From: Polyangiaceae bacterium
GTDB lineage: Bacteria > Myxococcota_A > Polyangia > Polyangiales > Polyangiaceae
Direction: 5' to 3'
Length of the DNA: 58,638 nt
Assembly: GCA_050287085.1 (NCBI GenBank)
Contig: JBNKBE010000022.1
Location: 1-58,638 of the forward strand
Positions 27,578 through 37,331 of the stretch are shown piece after piece (the stretch's first letter is position 1; each line of letters opens with the position of its first letter). The notes below the pieces were generated by a model. It did no database searches, was not told where the DNA came from, and worked only from the letters and a program-made list of their open reading frames with translations. Both the position numbers and the translations under genes were made by a program.

Positions 27578-28975
27578 CTATTGAGGACACGTACTTCCCG
27601 CCCTAACGGCCCTGGCTTCACACGCTGGCGCCGAATTGCCACTGGCAAATATCTGGCCGTTGGTCTCCTCGAAGGTGCACTCCTCGACGATCTGAGCGTC
27701 CCCTGACGAGGCTACGATGCTGTATCCCATTGGGTCAGTGGTCTGGTTGCCCACTATCCACGCGTCTCCTGCCGCTGTTCGAACTTCGCAGTAGCCGCCA
27801 ACCCCGGGGAAGGACACGCCGGTATAGATCGCCGCGCCCGTCTGCGCCAAATTGTCGCGGATCTCGGCAGCATCCAGATTCAGGTTCCCACCATTAATAA
27901 TGGCTCCGCCCCGTCCGTCCGCCTTGTTCTTTCGCAATGACGACTGCGTTACAACTACACCTCCCAGCTTAGTCGATGTGTCTATGTTCACAATCCCACC
28001 CCCCGCCCGGTCACAAGAATCGAGACAAGGAGGGTTGGGACCGTCGTTGCCCGGGCACGAATTGAACCCGCTGCCGCAGCCCTCTGCGGTGTTTTCCGAA
28101 ACACTGGAGGAATCCGTAAGAGCGACACTTCCACCGCTGTTGAAAATGCCACCGCCGGAAGGCGCTCTGTTGTTCATGATCCGGGTATTACTTGCACTGA
28201 TCGTGGCCGAGCTATTGGTGGCGAAGTTGTAGATGCCTCCGCCAATCATCGTAGCCGTGTTGCCGATAATGTCCGTGTTGCTGAGGACCACGTGTCCATT
28301 GTTGTTGGCGAGTGCCCCCCCACGCTTGGACTGGTTGTTTGTGAGCACAACGCTGTCGAGCGATACCACGCCCCGGTGATTGTAGATCGCTGCTCCAAGT
28401 CCCGACTCGTACGACAACGCATTCCCCCCAGACAGGATTCCATCATAGATCTCCAGCGTGCCATAGTTGTTCACCAGCTTTCCTGCGCCACCGCCAATAT
28501 GAGTCACATCGATATTGGCCAGCTGCAGATATGCGTTCTCCCGGACCCTGAAGGCTGATGAGCTCGCGCTGTCTATCTTAGCGCGGGTGTTGCCGGAACT
28601 GTAAATCCCAATCACCCGACCCGTTTCGACGTAGAGCCTCCCCACCACGAAGTGATAGTCGGTAAAAAGGACTCGGACGCCTGTGTCTGAGTCTTCGGTG
28701 AGCTCGATTGTCACGTCCTGAAACTGTGGTTCCAGGTCCTTGCAATCGTACTGCTGGCTCCCTGCATTGGCCGAAGCGACTGCCTCCGCCAGGCTGCAAT
28801 AGCCGTCGTCCTTATTGAGCACGTCCGCCTGGATATTGTCTTCGCTGGTGGATACACGGTAATAGCTGGCATGTGCCTGTTGTATACCCGCAAAGGAGAC
28901 CACAACGGCTAACCCCAGCCCCAATAGTCCACCTGGCCGCGGCCGGCCTGGAAGTCCTATAAGCGCCTTCATCAT
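27578..28975 (-). CDS. Secreted CSLREA-like / polymorphic-membrane-protein-type beta-helix protein
   Basis: Signal peptide ending QQAHA; YCSLAEAVASAN; repeated GAAIYN, GGALAN, GGGIYN, GGGIFN, GGAIIN. Confidence 0.72.
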   Translation of the reverse strand: MMKALIGLPGRPRPGGLLGLGLAVVVSFAGIQQAHASYYRVSTSEDNIQADVLNKDDGYCSLAEAVASANAGSQQYDCKDLEPQFQDVTIELTEDSDTGVRVLFTDYHFVVGRLYVETGRVIGIYSSGNTRAKIDSASSSAFRVRENAYLQLANIDVTHIGGGAGKLVNNYGTLEIYDGILSGGNALSYESGLGAAIYNHRGVVSLDSVVLTNNQSKRGGALANNNGHVVLSNTDIIGNTATMIGGGIYNFATNSSATISASNTRIMNNRAPSGGGIFNSGGSVALTDSSSVSENTAEGCGSGFNSCPGNDGPNPPCLDSCDRAGGGIVNIDTSTKLGGVVVTQSSLRKNKADGRGGAIINGGNLNLDAAEIRDNLAQTGAAIYTGVSFPGVGGYCEVRTAAGDAWIVGNQTTDPMGYSIVASSGDAQIVEECTFEETNGQIFASGNSAPACEARAVRAGSTCPQ

Positions 28976-29267
28976 TTCCCTATCCCTTTCATTGTATCGC
29001 CCCCCTGCTTCGCCATCCGGCCCAGTGTGACACCGGAACCAGCTAGACGCGCCCACTCGAATAACACCCATCGCCCTTGCTGTCCACCCGGCGGGCACGT
29101 CGTGTGGGGCCCCGCCGGTTGCTGCACCGGTCCCATCGAGGCGACCGACAAGGTTCTTGACTGAAGCCTGATAGGAGGCGCTACCACGACTTCAAACTTC
29201 GCCCCAAATACGGACTTCAGCCGAAAAAACCGCCCGCCGCCGCCATCGCCTGCTCTACGCTCAGGGC

Positions 29268-29807
29268 GTGACCGATCCCCGACTGCAGGTACAAGCCGCC
29301 AACATCACTGCGCTCGTCGTTGATGCGATCGTCAATGCCGCCAACCCAACGCTGCTCGGCGGAGGCGGCGTAGATGGAGCCATTCACGCCGCGGCGGGTC
29401 CGAGCCTGCTATCCGCTTGCCGTCAGCTACCCGAAGTGAGCCCCAACGTGCGCTGCAGGGCGGGTGAGGTGCGCGTAACCGCTGGCTATGAACTGCCGGC
29501 ACGTTACGTCATCCACACGGTGGGCCCTGTTTGGCAGGGGGGTCATCAGAGCGAGGTGCAAGTGCTGGCCGCGTGTTACCGCAATGCTTTGAAGCTCGGC
29601 ACGGAACTCGGCGTACGCTCGATCGCCTTTCCGGCGATCAGCTGCGGCGTCTACGGCTTTCCGCTTGCCCTCGCCGCGGAGACGGCCGTGGGGGAAGTGC
29701 AGCGCTTCTTAGAAACAGACCGAGCCCTGAATGCCGTGATCCTGGTTGCGTTCAGCTCCCCGGTACAAGCGGCCCTCGAGAACGCGGTGCATCACGCCTC
29801 TTGCTGA
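29268..29807 (+). CDS. ymdB: Macrodomain O-acetyl-ADP-ribose deacetylase (YmdB-like)
   Basis: VDAIVNAANPTLLGGGGVDGAIH, VIHTVGPVW, SIAFPAISCGVYGFP. Confidence 0.92.
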   Translation: MTDPRLQVQAANITALVVDAIVNAANPTLLGGGGVDGAIHAAAGPSLLSACRQLPEVSPNVRCRAGEVRVTAGYELPARYVIHTVGPVWQGGHQSEVQVLAACYRNALKLGTELGVRSIAFPAISCGVYGFPLALAAETAVGEVQRFLETDRALNAVILVAFSSPVQAALENAVHHASC

Positions 29808-30694
29808 GTCTTTCGCCGCCACCGCGTGAAGCGATAGGAAAGATATCCCCGCTGCAACCCCACCTGCAATGCGTGCCCGCCATACAACATCGACCAGTAG
29901 CTGCCCGTCACGGGTAACCAGCCCAGCGCGCGCATCAGCGCTGCAATAGCTAGATCTCGCGGACGCCCCAGTTCCAAGTAGTCCGTCAGATCGACGTCCT
30001 CCACCAACTCGAAACCATGTCGAGCCGCCAGCTGCGAAAGCTCTGAAACATCCAAGAGGCTGCGAACGACCCAGCCTCGCCGGAAGCGACCCACCCAATA
30101 CCGCGCCTGGGGATTGGCTAGAACATCGGGCCCCGACAACATGTCATCGCAGATCACCAGTTGACCTCCGGGTTTGATTGCGGCTGCGCACTGTTGGAAA
30201 AAAGCTTCCGCGTCCGCGGCGTGGACAAAGGATTCGGTCGCGTATGCCAGATCGACCGGCGTGAGCCCCGAAGGCAACGCGCAGAAGTCGGCGCGCAAGC
30301 ATTGTACCCGGTCACTCAATCCGGCTTCGCTGATACGACCTAGCGCGAGCTCGACCTGAGGCGCGCTAATGGTAACCCCAACCCCGGTAGCTTCAGCTTC
30401 GCGGCAGATTCTGCACAAGCTGGCACAAACGCCACAGCCAAGATCCAACAAACGGGGCGAGTTGGGGATCGCCATCTGGCGCAAACGCTGAATGACCAGC
30501 GCGTCAACGTAGGCCATGGCCTCGTCTCGACTCTTCACCCCGGGCCCCCACACGGCCCGATGAATCGTCCCGTCTGTCCCCTGTCCGAGACGGAGCATCA
30601 AAGACGTATTGTCGTCGTAGTAGGCCTCAACGGGATCTGGACGAACACGCGAGCCGTCGGTGATGGACTGATCAGTCAAGCGGTTCGAGAACAT
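29792..30694 (-). CDS. SAM-dependent methyltransferase (tocopherol/sterol MT-like)
   Basis: YYD..IHRAVWG, LLDLGCGV, GVTISAPQV, IKPGGQLVICD. Confidence 0.85.
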   Translation of the reverse strand: MFSNRLTDQSITDGSRVRPDPVEAYYDDNTSLMLRLGQGTDGTIHRAVWGPGVKSRDEAMAYVDALVIQRLRQMAIPNSPRLLDLGCGVCASLCRICREAEATGVGVTISAPQVELALGRISEAGLSDRVQCLRADFCALPSGLTPVDLAYATESFVHAADAEAFFQQCAAAIKPGGQLVICDDMLSGPDVLANPQARYWVGRFRRGWVVRSLLDVSELSQLAARHGFELVEDVDLTDYLELGRPRDLAIAALMRALGWLPVTGSYWSMLYGGHALQVGLQRGYLSYRFTRWRRKTQQEA

Positions 30695-31235
30695 AGTCGA
30701 CTACCACGAAGTATGGGAACCCACTCGTGGTGGTCCAGGTGATCTCGATTTCCGTATCGGAGAAGTCACACCAATGCGCCGCAGAGGCGCCTTCGGGCTC
30801 GTTCAGGTTGATGTTCTGCCGGCCTGGCTCGTGGTTGGTAAGAACCGCGCAATTGATAAAGCGGCGCTCGGTGGCGGGCTGGCCCGCGATACCATGAGAG
30901 AGGGTCACGCTCGTCGCCGTCCTGCTGGAGACCGATAGCACCTTGCGAAAGAAGGGAACTGACTTGCCCCCCGGTGTGGTCAGATAGCCCGCGACGCTCT
31001 GAGCATCTATCACGTCTGAATCGAGGGAGCTAACCTGCTGATTCAGCTCGTCCACACGCTTTTCGAGCGCGGCGATCGCGCCCGTCAGCTGATCGAAATT
31101 CGTGTTGAAATCCTCGGCCACGATCGGCGCACCGGACTGAAAGTGGATGGGGTCGGTCACAGCGTAGGCAACGCCCCCCACCAGACCGATACCCACGACC
31201 GAACCCGCTACGATCCTGTCAATTGCCTTTCGCAT
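30672..31235 (-). CDS. Hypothetical secreted protein with a coiled coil
   Basis: Purine-rich RBS; signal peptide ending VAYA; FQSGAPIVAEDFNTNF followed by heptads. Confidence 0.7.
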   Translation of the reverse strand: MRKAIDRIVAGSVVGIGLVGGVAYAVTDPIHFQSGAPIVAEDFNTNFDQLTGAIAALEKRVDELNQQVSSLDSDVIDAQSVAGYLTTPGGKSVPFFRKVLSVSSRTATSVTLSHGIAGQPATERRFINCAVLTNHEPGRQNINLNEPEGASAAHWCDFSDTEIEITWTTTSGFPYFVVVDYVLEPLD

Positions 31236-31671
31236 CGTTTCTATCCCTCTCTAGTGAAAACACGCACTTCCGAACCTGTTGGTGTTCCAGAATCCTCGTT
31301 TGCAGTTCCCGTCTGGCAACGGTTCGGCGTCGCGGAGCGGGTGCGCTATCGGATCGGAGATCTCGAGCTGGCTGAAAGCACGCGGACGACCGCTGCAAGC
31401 GCTGAGCGCCAACACGAAAGGAAGCGTACGCCCGTGGACAGAACTCCAACCCCAGTGCACGGGGTGGGCATACCACATTGGGCCCGCTGGCTGCTGAATT
31501 GTATAGACTTCCCGAGCACCCTCCCCGGCGCACCACTCCTGAGTGCCCACCCCTCGCAGGGGCCCGAAACGGGGCTGCCTTGCGAGGTCGTTGCTCGGGC
31601 GGCGCCGACGAGGGCGATCAGCGCGTGTTGTCCACGCCGAACACAGCGACCCCGCTGTGAGCGCCGCAAGC

Positions 31672-32151
31672 TTATAGATCGTCGGGCGCGAACACTCGCT
31701 TGTTGCGTGGCGCTCCGGCACCGGGGCTTGGCGTGGGCCGATTGCCCCCACCCACTGCCGGAGGTCGCGTCGCGGTTGGACTGTCACCGCTGCCCGACGA
31801 CGTTTCCCCTTCTCCGACGTTGTAGCTACCCTCAGCGTCTCCCAATACGGACTCTACCTGGCTCGCACCCACACCCAGTTTGGAGAGTATTTCGTGGCCC
31901 AGCGCATTCCACGCGGCAACGCATAGCGCCGCGATGACCACCAGCAGGATGACGTACTCCACCGTGGAAAGCCCACGCTCGTCACACGACAGACGACGCG
32001 CAACACGCCCCAGCGGACTCTGGCCACCACGGCCCGCCCAACCCCTGCCCCCGCGACCAGCACGCCCAGCGGAAGTCCATGTGGAACAACCTGGAGCTAC
32101 CGGCGGCCCCAGCCTCGATGTCGCTTCCCCTTGAGCTACAACCGTGTGCAT
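31672..32151 (-). CDS. Flp/type IVb pilin-like protein with a low-complexity tail (start uncertain)
   Basis: DERG/LSTVEYVILLVVIAALCVAAWNALG matches the Flp prepilin G-xxxx-EY motif. Confidence 0.75.
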   Translation of the reverse strand: MHTVVAQGEATSRLGPPVAPGCSTWTSAGRAGRGGRGWAGRGGQSPLGRVARRLSCDERGLSTVEYVILLVVIAALCVAAWNALGHEILSKLGVGASQVESVLGDAEGSYNVGEGETSSGSGDSPTATRPPAVGGGNRPTPSPGAGAPRNKRVFAPDDL

Positions 32152-32406
32152 GGGCGGAGCTTGCTCTCATCCTCCGGCCCCGACAAGTCTCAAATTGCGA
32201 CCCCGGTGGCGAGGCGCGACTCGACTCCCGGGGGTGAGACAATGCGATCGCCGGAACCGCCAGCGCGTGAGCCCTTTGGAATGCCGCCCAGCGCAGCAGA
32301 CGCGGGGTTCAGGGCTGCGCTCGCGAGCCCCGTCTCACCGCGATGGAACACTCAACAATACCGTTGATCGCAACGCCACTGCTCGTCGCGACTCAGCCTA
32401 GGGCGC

Positions 32407-33549
32407 CTATTGGCAGCCGACCCGCGCCGAGGAGATGACCACGTCGTCGTACCAGATGTGGCCAAGGTTGGCGTCATAGTCCTGAGCCCCGATCTTCAAG
32501 ACGGTGTACTCCGGGGCCCAGTCCGTACGCGGCTCCCCGCCTTGACTCCCCTGAAAATCGAGAACATGCATTTCCTCGAGCTCGGTCTCGTCGATCCAGA
32601 CGCGAAACTCCGCTGCGCTACCACCCCCAAAAAACGCTTCGACGCAGTACCAACGGTCTGCTTCGTACTGAAAGCCAGCACCGCTGAACTCGCCGGGATT
32701 GCCACCGTCGGTGAAGCCGTTGGAGTAGCGGGTTACCTCACCGCCACCACCGCCGATCAAGTTGAGGTCCATCATCGCCTCGTCCCCCGGACCCTTGCTG
32801 GAAATCCCGAGGCGTAACTCGACCCCCGAATTGTCGCGAGCGGTTGCGCCCACCAAGAACCCACTATGACCCATGATGGTCGACGTGGCCTTCTCCCAGT
32901 TGATGAAGACCCGCACGTAGAAGGTGTTGCCCTCAACGGGAAACACTCCGATCGGGATCAAGAAAGACCCCAAGCCGGTGTTGGAGCTGGTCACGCGGAC
33001 CGAGTTCGGTGGGCTATGAGCCTTGGTCGCATCGAGGGCGGGCGCAAAGCCCTGATTGACCGCCCACTCCTCATAGGGTTCCCACTTCGTAGAATCCGGA
33101 AGCTCACCTGCAGTGGAGTCAAAGTTGTCGGTCAGAATGTAAGCGCCCGGATCCCCACTAATACCCGGGGTTCCGGAGGTCCCTCCGCTCGCTGAACCCG
33201 AGGCCCCGATCTGTCCGCCCTCGCCGCCGCTCGCGCTCCCGCCCTCGCTGCCGCCGCCCGCCGCCGCAGCTTGTCCTCCACCACCGCTGGCGTCAGGACT
33301 GGCGTCCCCACCCGCTGCACCCGCAGCGCCCCCGCCGGTGGCGCCGGCTTGTGGCGTTTCGGGCGCGCCGGACGCACCATCCGTCACCCCGCCTCCCCCG
33401 CCGGACGCTGACGGACTCGACGGACCGGCGCCGCCGCTCACGCTTGGGGGGTTTGGCTCCGATGCGCTGCACGCCGCAACCAACGCAATCAACCCATAGC
33501 CAATTCGAGCCCCGGAAAACGCGCGGAGCCTGCCCACGCCGGTAGCCAT
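32407..33549 (-). CDS. Lipoprotein with a Cip1-like (polysaccharide-lyase-like beta-sandwich) domain
   Basis: Lipobox LVAAC, Gly-rich linker; DNFD, KAHSPPNSVRV, FYVRVF, WYCVE, IWYDDVVISSARVGC. Confidence 0.7.
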   Translation of the reverse strand: MATGVGRLRAFSGARIGYGLIALVAACSASEPNPPSVSGGAGPSSPSASGGGGGVTDGASGAPETPQAGATGGGAAGAAGGDASPDASGGGGQAAAAGGGSEGGSASGGEGGQIGASGSASGGTSGTPGISGDPGAYILTDNFDSTAGELPDSTKWEPYEEWAVNQGFAPALDATKAHSPPNSVRVTSSNTGLGSFLIPIGVFPVEGNTFYVRVFINWEKATSTIMGHSGFLVGATARDNSGVELRLGISSKGPGDEAMMDLNLIGGGGGEVTRYSNGFTDGGNPGEFSGAGFQYEADRWYCVEAFFGGGSAAEFRVWIDETELEEMHVLDFQGSQGGEPRTDWAPEYTVLKIGAQDYDANLGHIWYDDVVISSARVGCQ

Positions 33550-33753
33550 CAGCCTGCGCTCAACGCCTGAACAAGGAAGTAACATAGACCCGGAAAGCTA
33601 CCACGGGCGCTTCGTGCCGTCCGGTATCCCATGCCGGCCTTGTTCCCAAAGCGAACGGTGCGCCGAACGACGTAGCGCTCGCGATCCGACGCGGGTCTCA
33701 AAAATCGGCGCTCTGAAAAAGTTCGCACCTGACCACTACCTCGGCACCCGAAA

Positions 33754-35040
33754 CTAGCGTTTCTGCGTCGCTCCCAGCGATGAGTCGCGTCGGGCGCGAA
33801 CGACGCCTGAGACGCGGGGAGCAGCGACGCCATGGCGAGGCAGAACCACTTTGACGGTCGTCCCGTGCCCAGATTCGCTCAGCACGTCGATGCGACCGCC
33901 GTGCCGCAGCACAACCCGGTGCACGACGCTCAATCCAAGCCCACTCACCTCCGCTCCCGACTTTGTCGAAAACGACCTGTCGAAAGCGCGAAGGCGCGTC
34001 GCCCTGTCCATCCCCCGCCCGTTGTCGGTCACCTCAAGCACAACGAGCTCATCCGGCAATTCGTCCGCGCTTGCGTCGACTGCTGTCGCGGCTCGCACTT
34101 CTAGGTCGATGCGTCCAGCCCGCGGCATGATGGCTTCCCCGGCGTTGAGAAGCAGGTTCCACACGAGCCGCGTCAAGTCCGCCGCGGCACCGCGGATCAT
34201 CGGCGCTCCGGGCATGACACACGCCCGCACCACGACGTCCGCGGGCAGAACCGCACGCACCAGCTGCACAGCGTCCTTCACGATCCCGCCTAGCTCGACC
34301 CAACCTGAAGGAGAGGGCGCCTCGCGCCCAAGGGAGAGCAGGTCCTGTACCAGCGCGCTCCCCATCACGGCGGCTTCTCGAATCTGGTCTATGTACTTCG
34401 CGGCTTCGTGCGCCCCTAGCGCCAGACGGGCCATCTCCGCATTTCCGACGACCGCTGACAGGAAGTTGTTGAAGTCGTGCGCCATCTCGCGCGCCGACAA
34501 AGCGAGCTGCTCGAGCTTCTCACGGTCGTCAGCCACGCCTTCGGGCGAGGGCTTGGGACGAGCCCGAAGCCGAAGTATCGTGGCACAGAAGAGCCCTGCG
34601 ATTTGTTCGAGCGCGCAAAGCTCCCGCGCGCCGGGTGAGGAACCCGACGCCTTGGGCAGCGCGACCAGCGCTCCGAGAGTGCCACCAGCGCTGGCAATGG
34701 GGGCCACCATGCCCCCGACCAGAAGCGCTGGGTCCACGCCGAGCCCCAGCGACTCCGCCGCCGTCGCAGTGATGGCCCAGGCTCCGCCAGCTTCGCGAAT
34801 GGCCAAACGCGGGAGTGCACAGTCAACAAGTTGCCGCCCAAGCTGGGAAGCATTGGCCCTGGTGCGTAGGGCTTGTGGTGTCACGCAGACATCAACGCGC
34901 TCACCCACCACCAGCAGGGCTACTAGATTGCTCCCTGGATGACGCAGCTGCCACTCCGCCTCAGCGCACTCGAGAGCCGCCTCCACGTCATGCACCGTAC
35001 TCAGTCCGCGAGCCAAGCTCGACACGAGAGCAGCACCCAT
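33754..35040 (-). CDS. Orphan sensor histidine kinase (GAF-like input, HisKA, HATPase)
   Basis: H-box AHDFNNFL, N-box NLLLNA, DNGRGM, FSTK..GLGL. Confidence 0.88.
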   Translation of the reverse strand: MGAALVSSLARGLSTVHDVEAALECAEAEWQLRHPGSNLVALLVVGERVDVCVTPQALRTRANASQLGRQLVDCALPRLAIREAGGAWAITATAAESLGLGVDPALLVGGMVAPIASAGGTLGALVALPKASGSSPGARELCALEQIAGLFCATILRLRARPKPSPEGVADDREKLEQLALSAREMAHDFNNFLSAVVGNAEMARLALGAHEAAKYIDQIREAAVMGSALVQDLLSLGREAPSPSGWVELGGIVKDAVQLVRAVLPADVVVRACVMPGAPMIRGAAADLTRLVWNLLLNAGEAIMPRAGRIDLEVRAATAVDASADELPDELVVLEVTDNGRGMDRATRLRAFDRSFSTKSGAEVSGLGLSVVHRVVLRHGGRIDVLSESGHGTTVKVVLPRHGVAAPRVSGVVRARRDSSLGATQKR

Positions 35041-35422
35041 GCGGACAACTGTTTAGCCGATGAAGTCCTCGGATGCTACGCCGCTGAGCTCGTTGTGTCA
35101 GGAATGGCGTGTGCGAAATCCATCTAGTCAACTCATGCCATTAAGAAACCGCCGACACCTAGAGTTCATGCTCATTCAAACTGGACCCCGGCGCACGCCC
35201 AACCGCGACCACAACCCGGAACCCCACAGGATCCGCAGCGGCGATAGCACATTGGTGTCACCTCAGCTGGTGGCAGGCCCTGGCAGCTCCTACGCCACCA
35301 GAAATTCCACCTTAGCTCCTTATCAGGAGACTACCTGACCAGGCTCGGCCGGTGTGCCGACCACGCCTCTCAGCGATGGGCGCCAAGTCCACCCCTCGCT
35401 ACGAGCCCCGTCGGCGAGAGGG

Positions 35423-35449
35423 CTAGCGGGGACTAGCGGGGACTAGCGG
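35423..35449. repeat. 10-bp tandem repeat
   Basis: CTAGCGGGGA CTAGCGGGGA CTAGCGG. Confidence 0.75.
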
Positions 35450-35616
35450 CGGTCCCCTGTCCAACGTCAGCTTCTGAGGCCTAAGCGGCGGCCTCCGCAG
35501 CGGCGGGTCCAGACGCGGCCCCTGGCTGCGCGATTCAGCGGCGGAAGCTGCTTCGACGCGCGATCAGACGCTGCACAGCCCCTAGGTCCGCCCAAGTGTG
35601 CTACAGGGAAGAACTA

Positions 35617-36393
35617 GTGATTACCGTCGTAACGGTCGTGTACAACGGAGCTCGCTCGATCGAGCAGTGCTTGGCCTCGGTCGCTGCTCAAACAGTGCGT
35701 CCCTTGCAGCACCTCATAGTCGACGGTGCGAGCCAGGACGGCACTCCTGAACTCGTCGCCAGGACCGGCTCAGCCCACGTGACGCTGCTGAGCGAGCCGG
35801 ACCAAGGGCTCTACGACGCCCTCAACAAGGGCGTCGCCAGAGCCCGCCATGACATCGTCGGCCTACTGCATGCGGACGACACCTTTGCCGACAACCAAGT
35901 GCTGGCGGATGTCGCTTGCGCCTTCGACTCAGATCCTGAGCTCGATGGCGTGTACGGAGATTTGGTATTCGTGTCCAAAACAAACCCTGGCCTAGTCCGG
36001 CGCTATTGGCGCTCGGGTGCGCCAGGGCGCTTTGATCGCGGCTGGATGCCTCCACATCCGGCGCTCTTTTTGCGTCGCCGTGTATACACCCACGCGCGGC
36101 CCTTTCGCTTGGATTTGGATATCGCGGCGGACTACGAGTTCATGCTGCGCGCCCTATATCTGCAGCGAGCGAAACTCGCCTATATTCCCCGCGTACTCAC
36201 ACGCATGCAGCTCGGGGGCAAGAGCACGCATCCCACCAATCTCGTTCGGAAGTCGCTACAAGACTGCAAGGCGTGGACGATGAACGGTCGTCCCATCCAG
36301 GCACCGATTGCCGTCGCCTGTAAAAACCTCAGAAAGCTAGGCCAGTTCTTCCTTCGCCCCGAGGAGAGCAAGGCCGAACCTCCCTCGCTCTGA
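35617..36393 (+). CDS. GT2 glycosyltransferase (WcaE-like)
   Basis: VVTVVYN, IVDGASQDGT, SEPDQGLYDALNKG, LHADD, MPPHP, AADYE. Confidence 0.92.
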   Translation: MITVVTVVYNGARSIEQCLASVAAQTVRPLQHLIVDGASQDGTPELVARTGSAHVTLLSEPDQGLYDALNKGVARARHDIVGLLHADDTFADNQVLADVACAFDSDPELDGVYGDLVFVSKTNPGLVRRYWRSGAPGRFDRGWMPPHPALFLRRRVYTHARPFRLDLDIAADYEFMLRALYLQRAKLAYIPRVLTRMQLGGKSTHPTNLVRKSLQDCKAWTMNGRPIQAPIAVACKNLRKLGQFFLRPEESKAEPPSL

Positions 36394-36453
36394 ACGCGAT
36401 GGCTTGAACTGCGAACGCTGCCCTAGCCATGGCATCACCCCTTGACCGTTGCC

Positions 36454-37071
36454 TCAGCGCCGGGTGGTCGTGCGTGCCCGACCGCTCTTAGACTTCCTCT
36501 GACTCCTGGGCTTCTTTCGGGGACTTGCACGGCGGCGCTGCGCCAACTTCGACACGTTGCGTTGCCGCTCCCGAACCACTGCGGCGTGGCGCTTGGGGCT
36601 TGGGTCACGAAGCAGCGCCTGGCACACCCAATCCCCCTTGGCCAACCACACTGCTGGCCCTAGGTGTACGGGGTTGTTGCCGATCGCGATGGCGAGGTAT
36701 GGGCCAACTCGCGCCCCCACAGACACCACGCTTCCCCCGGCTTCTCCCCCGACAGACACCGTCGCCGTACCCCCTACCCCGTGCGGCCCAGACATGACGA
36801 TGTAGACGTACACGTCCGGGCAACGGTCAGCTCGATAGCTGGGAACCAACATCGTCAGTCCGGAAGCCTCGAGGGCTTCCCAACGCGCTGAGGCCGCTCG
36901 GTCGAAACCCGGTGACGCCTCGACGTCCGCCAGATACGGAAGGCCGCGCGTGAGCCAACTCGAGCGCGGCGATGCTGATTCCGCCTGGGCGCTGAGAGCG
37001 AAGAACAGACTGAAGCCGATCAGCGCACGGCCGAGCACATTTGAACCTATCCTGGGACCCATTCGATTCAT
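36454..37071 (-). CDS. Hypothetical exported protein with a basic C-terminal tail
   Basis: Signal-like LIGFSLFFALSAQA; upstream sigma70-like promoter; no recognised domain. Confidence 0.5.
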   Translation of the reverse strand: MNRMGPRIGSNVLGRALIGFSLFFALSAQAESASPRSSWLTRGLPYLADVEASPGFDRAASARWEALEASGLTMLVPSYRADRCPDVYVYIVMSGPHGVGGTATVSVGGEAGGSVVSVGARVGPYLAIAIGNNPVHLGPAVWLAKGDWVCQALLRDPSPKRHAAVVRERQRNVSKLAQRRRASPRKKPRSQRKSKSGRARTTTRR

Positions 37072-37192
37072 CTCTCACGTGCTCAAAGCACCTTCGCGCG
37101 CCGCGCTCGTGGCCACGTCCCAGCCAGCCACCGCTTGCCAACATGACCTCGACGAAAGCCGCAGAATGAGCCGCTCTCGAACGTGAGCTATC

Positions 37193-37221
37193 ATTGTCTC
37201 CCACGAACCCGCTCTTGTCAA
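37193..37221 (-). promoter_or_regulatory. Sigma70-like promoter
   Basis: Minus strand TTGACA-N17-GACAAT, about 120 bp upstream of ATG 37071. Confidence 0.55.
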
Positions 37222-37331
37222 GGTAGCCCCTTTCCGTTTACCTACAACCGTCACTCCCTGAGAACGATCAAGCCGTAGCGGTCGACTAGTACGTCCCTCC
37301 GCGAGCGTGAATCCCGTGCGCGCAGCTGCCG

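Noticed and set aside
33851..34942. 363-aa plus-strand ORF and many similar antisense ORFs (e.g. 6091-6948, 7857-8714, 54614-55396)
   Set aside because: Shadow frames of well-supported genes, expected in high-GC DNA
37072..37331. Riboswitch or ncRNA
   Set aside because: No recognisable aptamer signature; a sigma70-like promoter explains part of the gap
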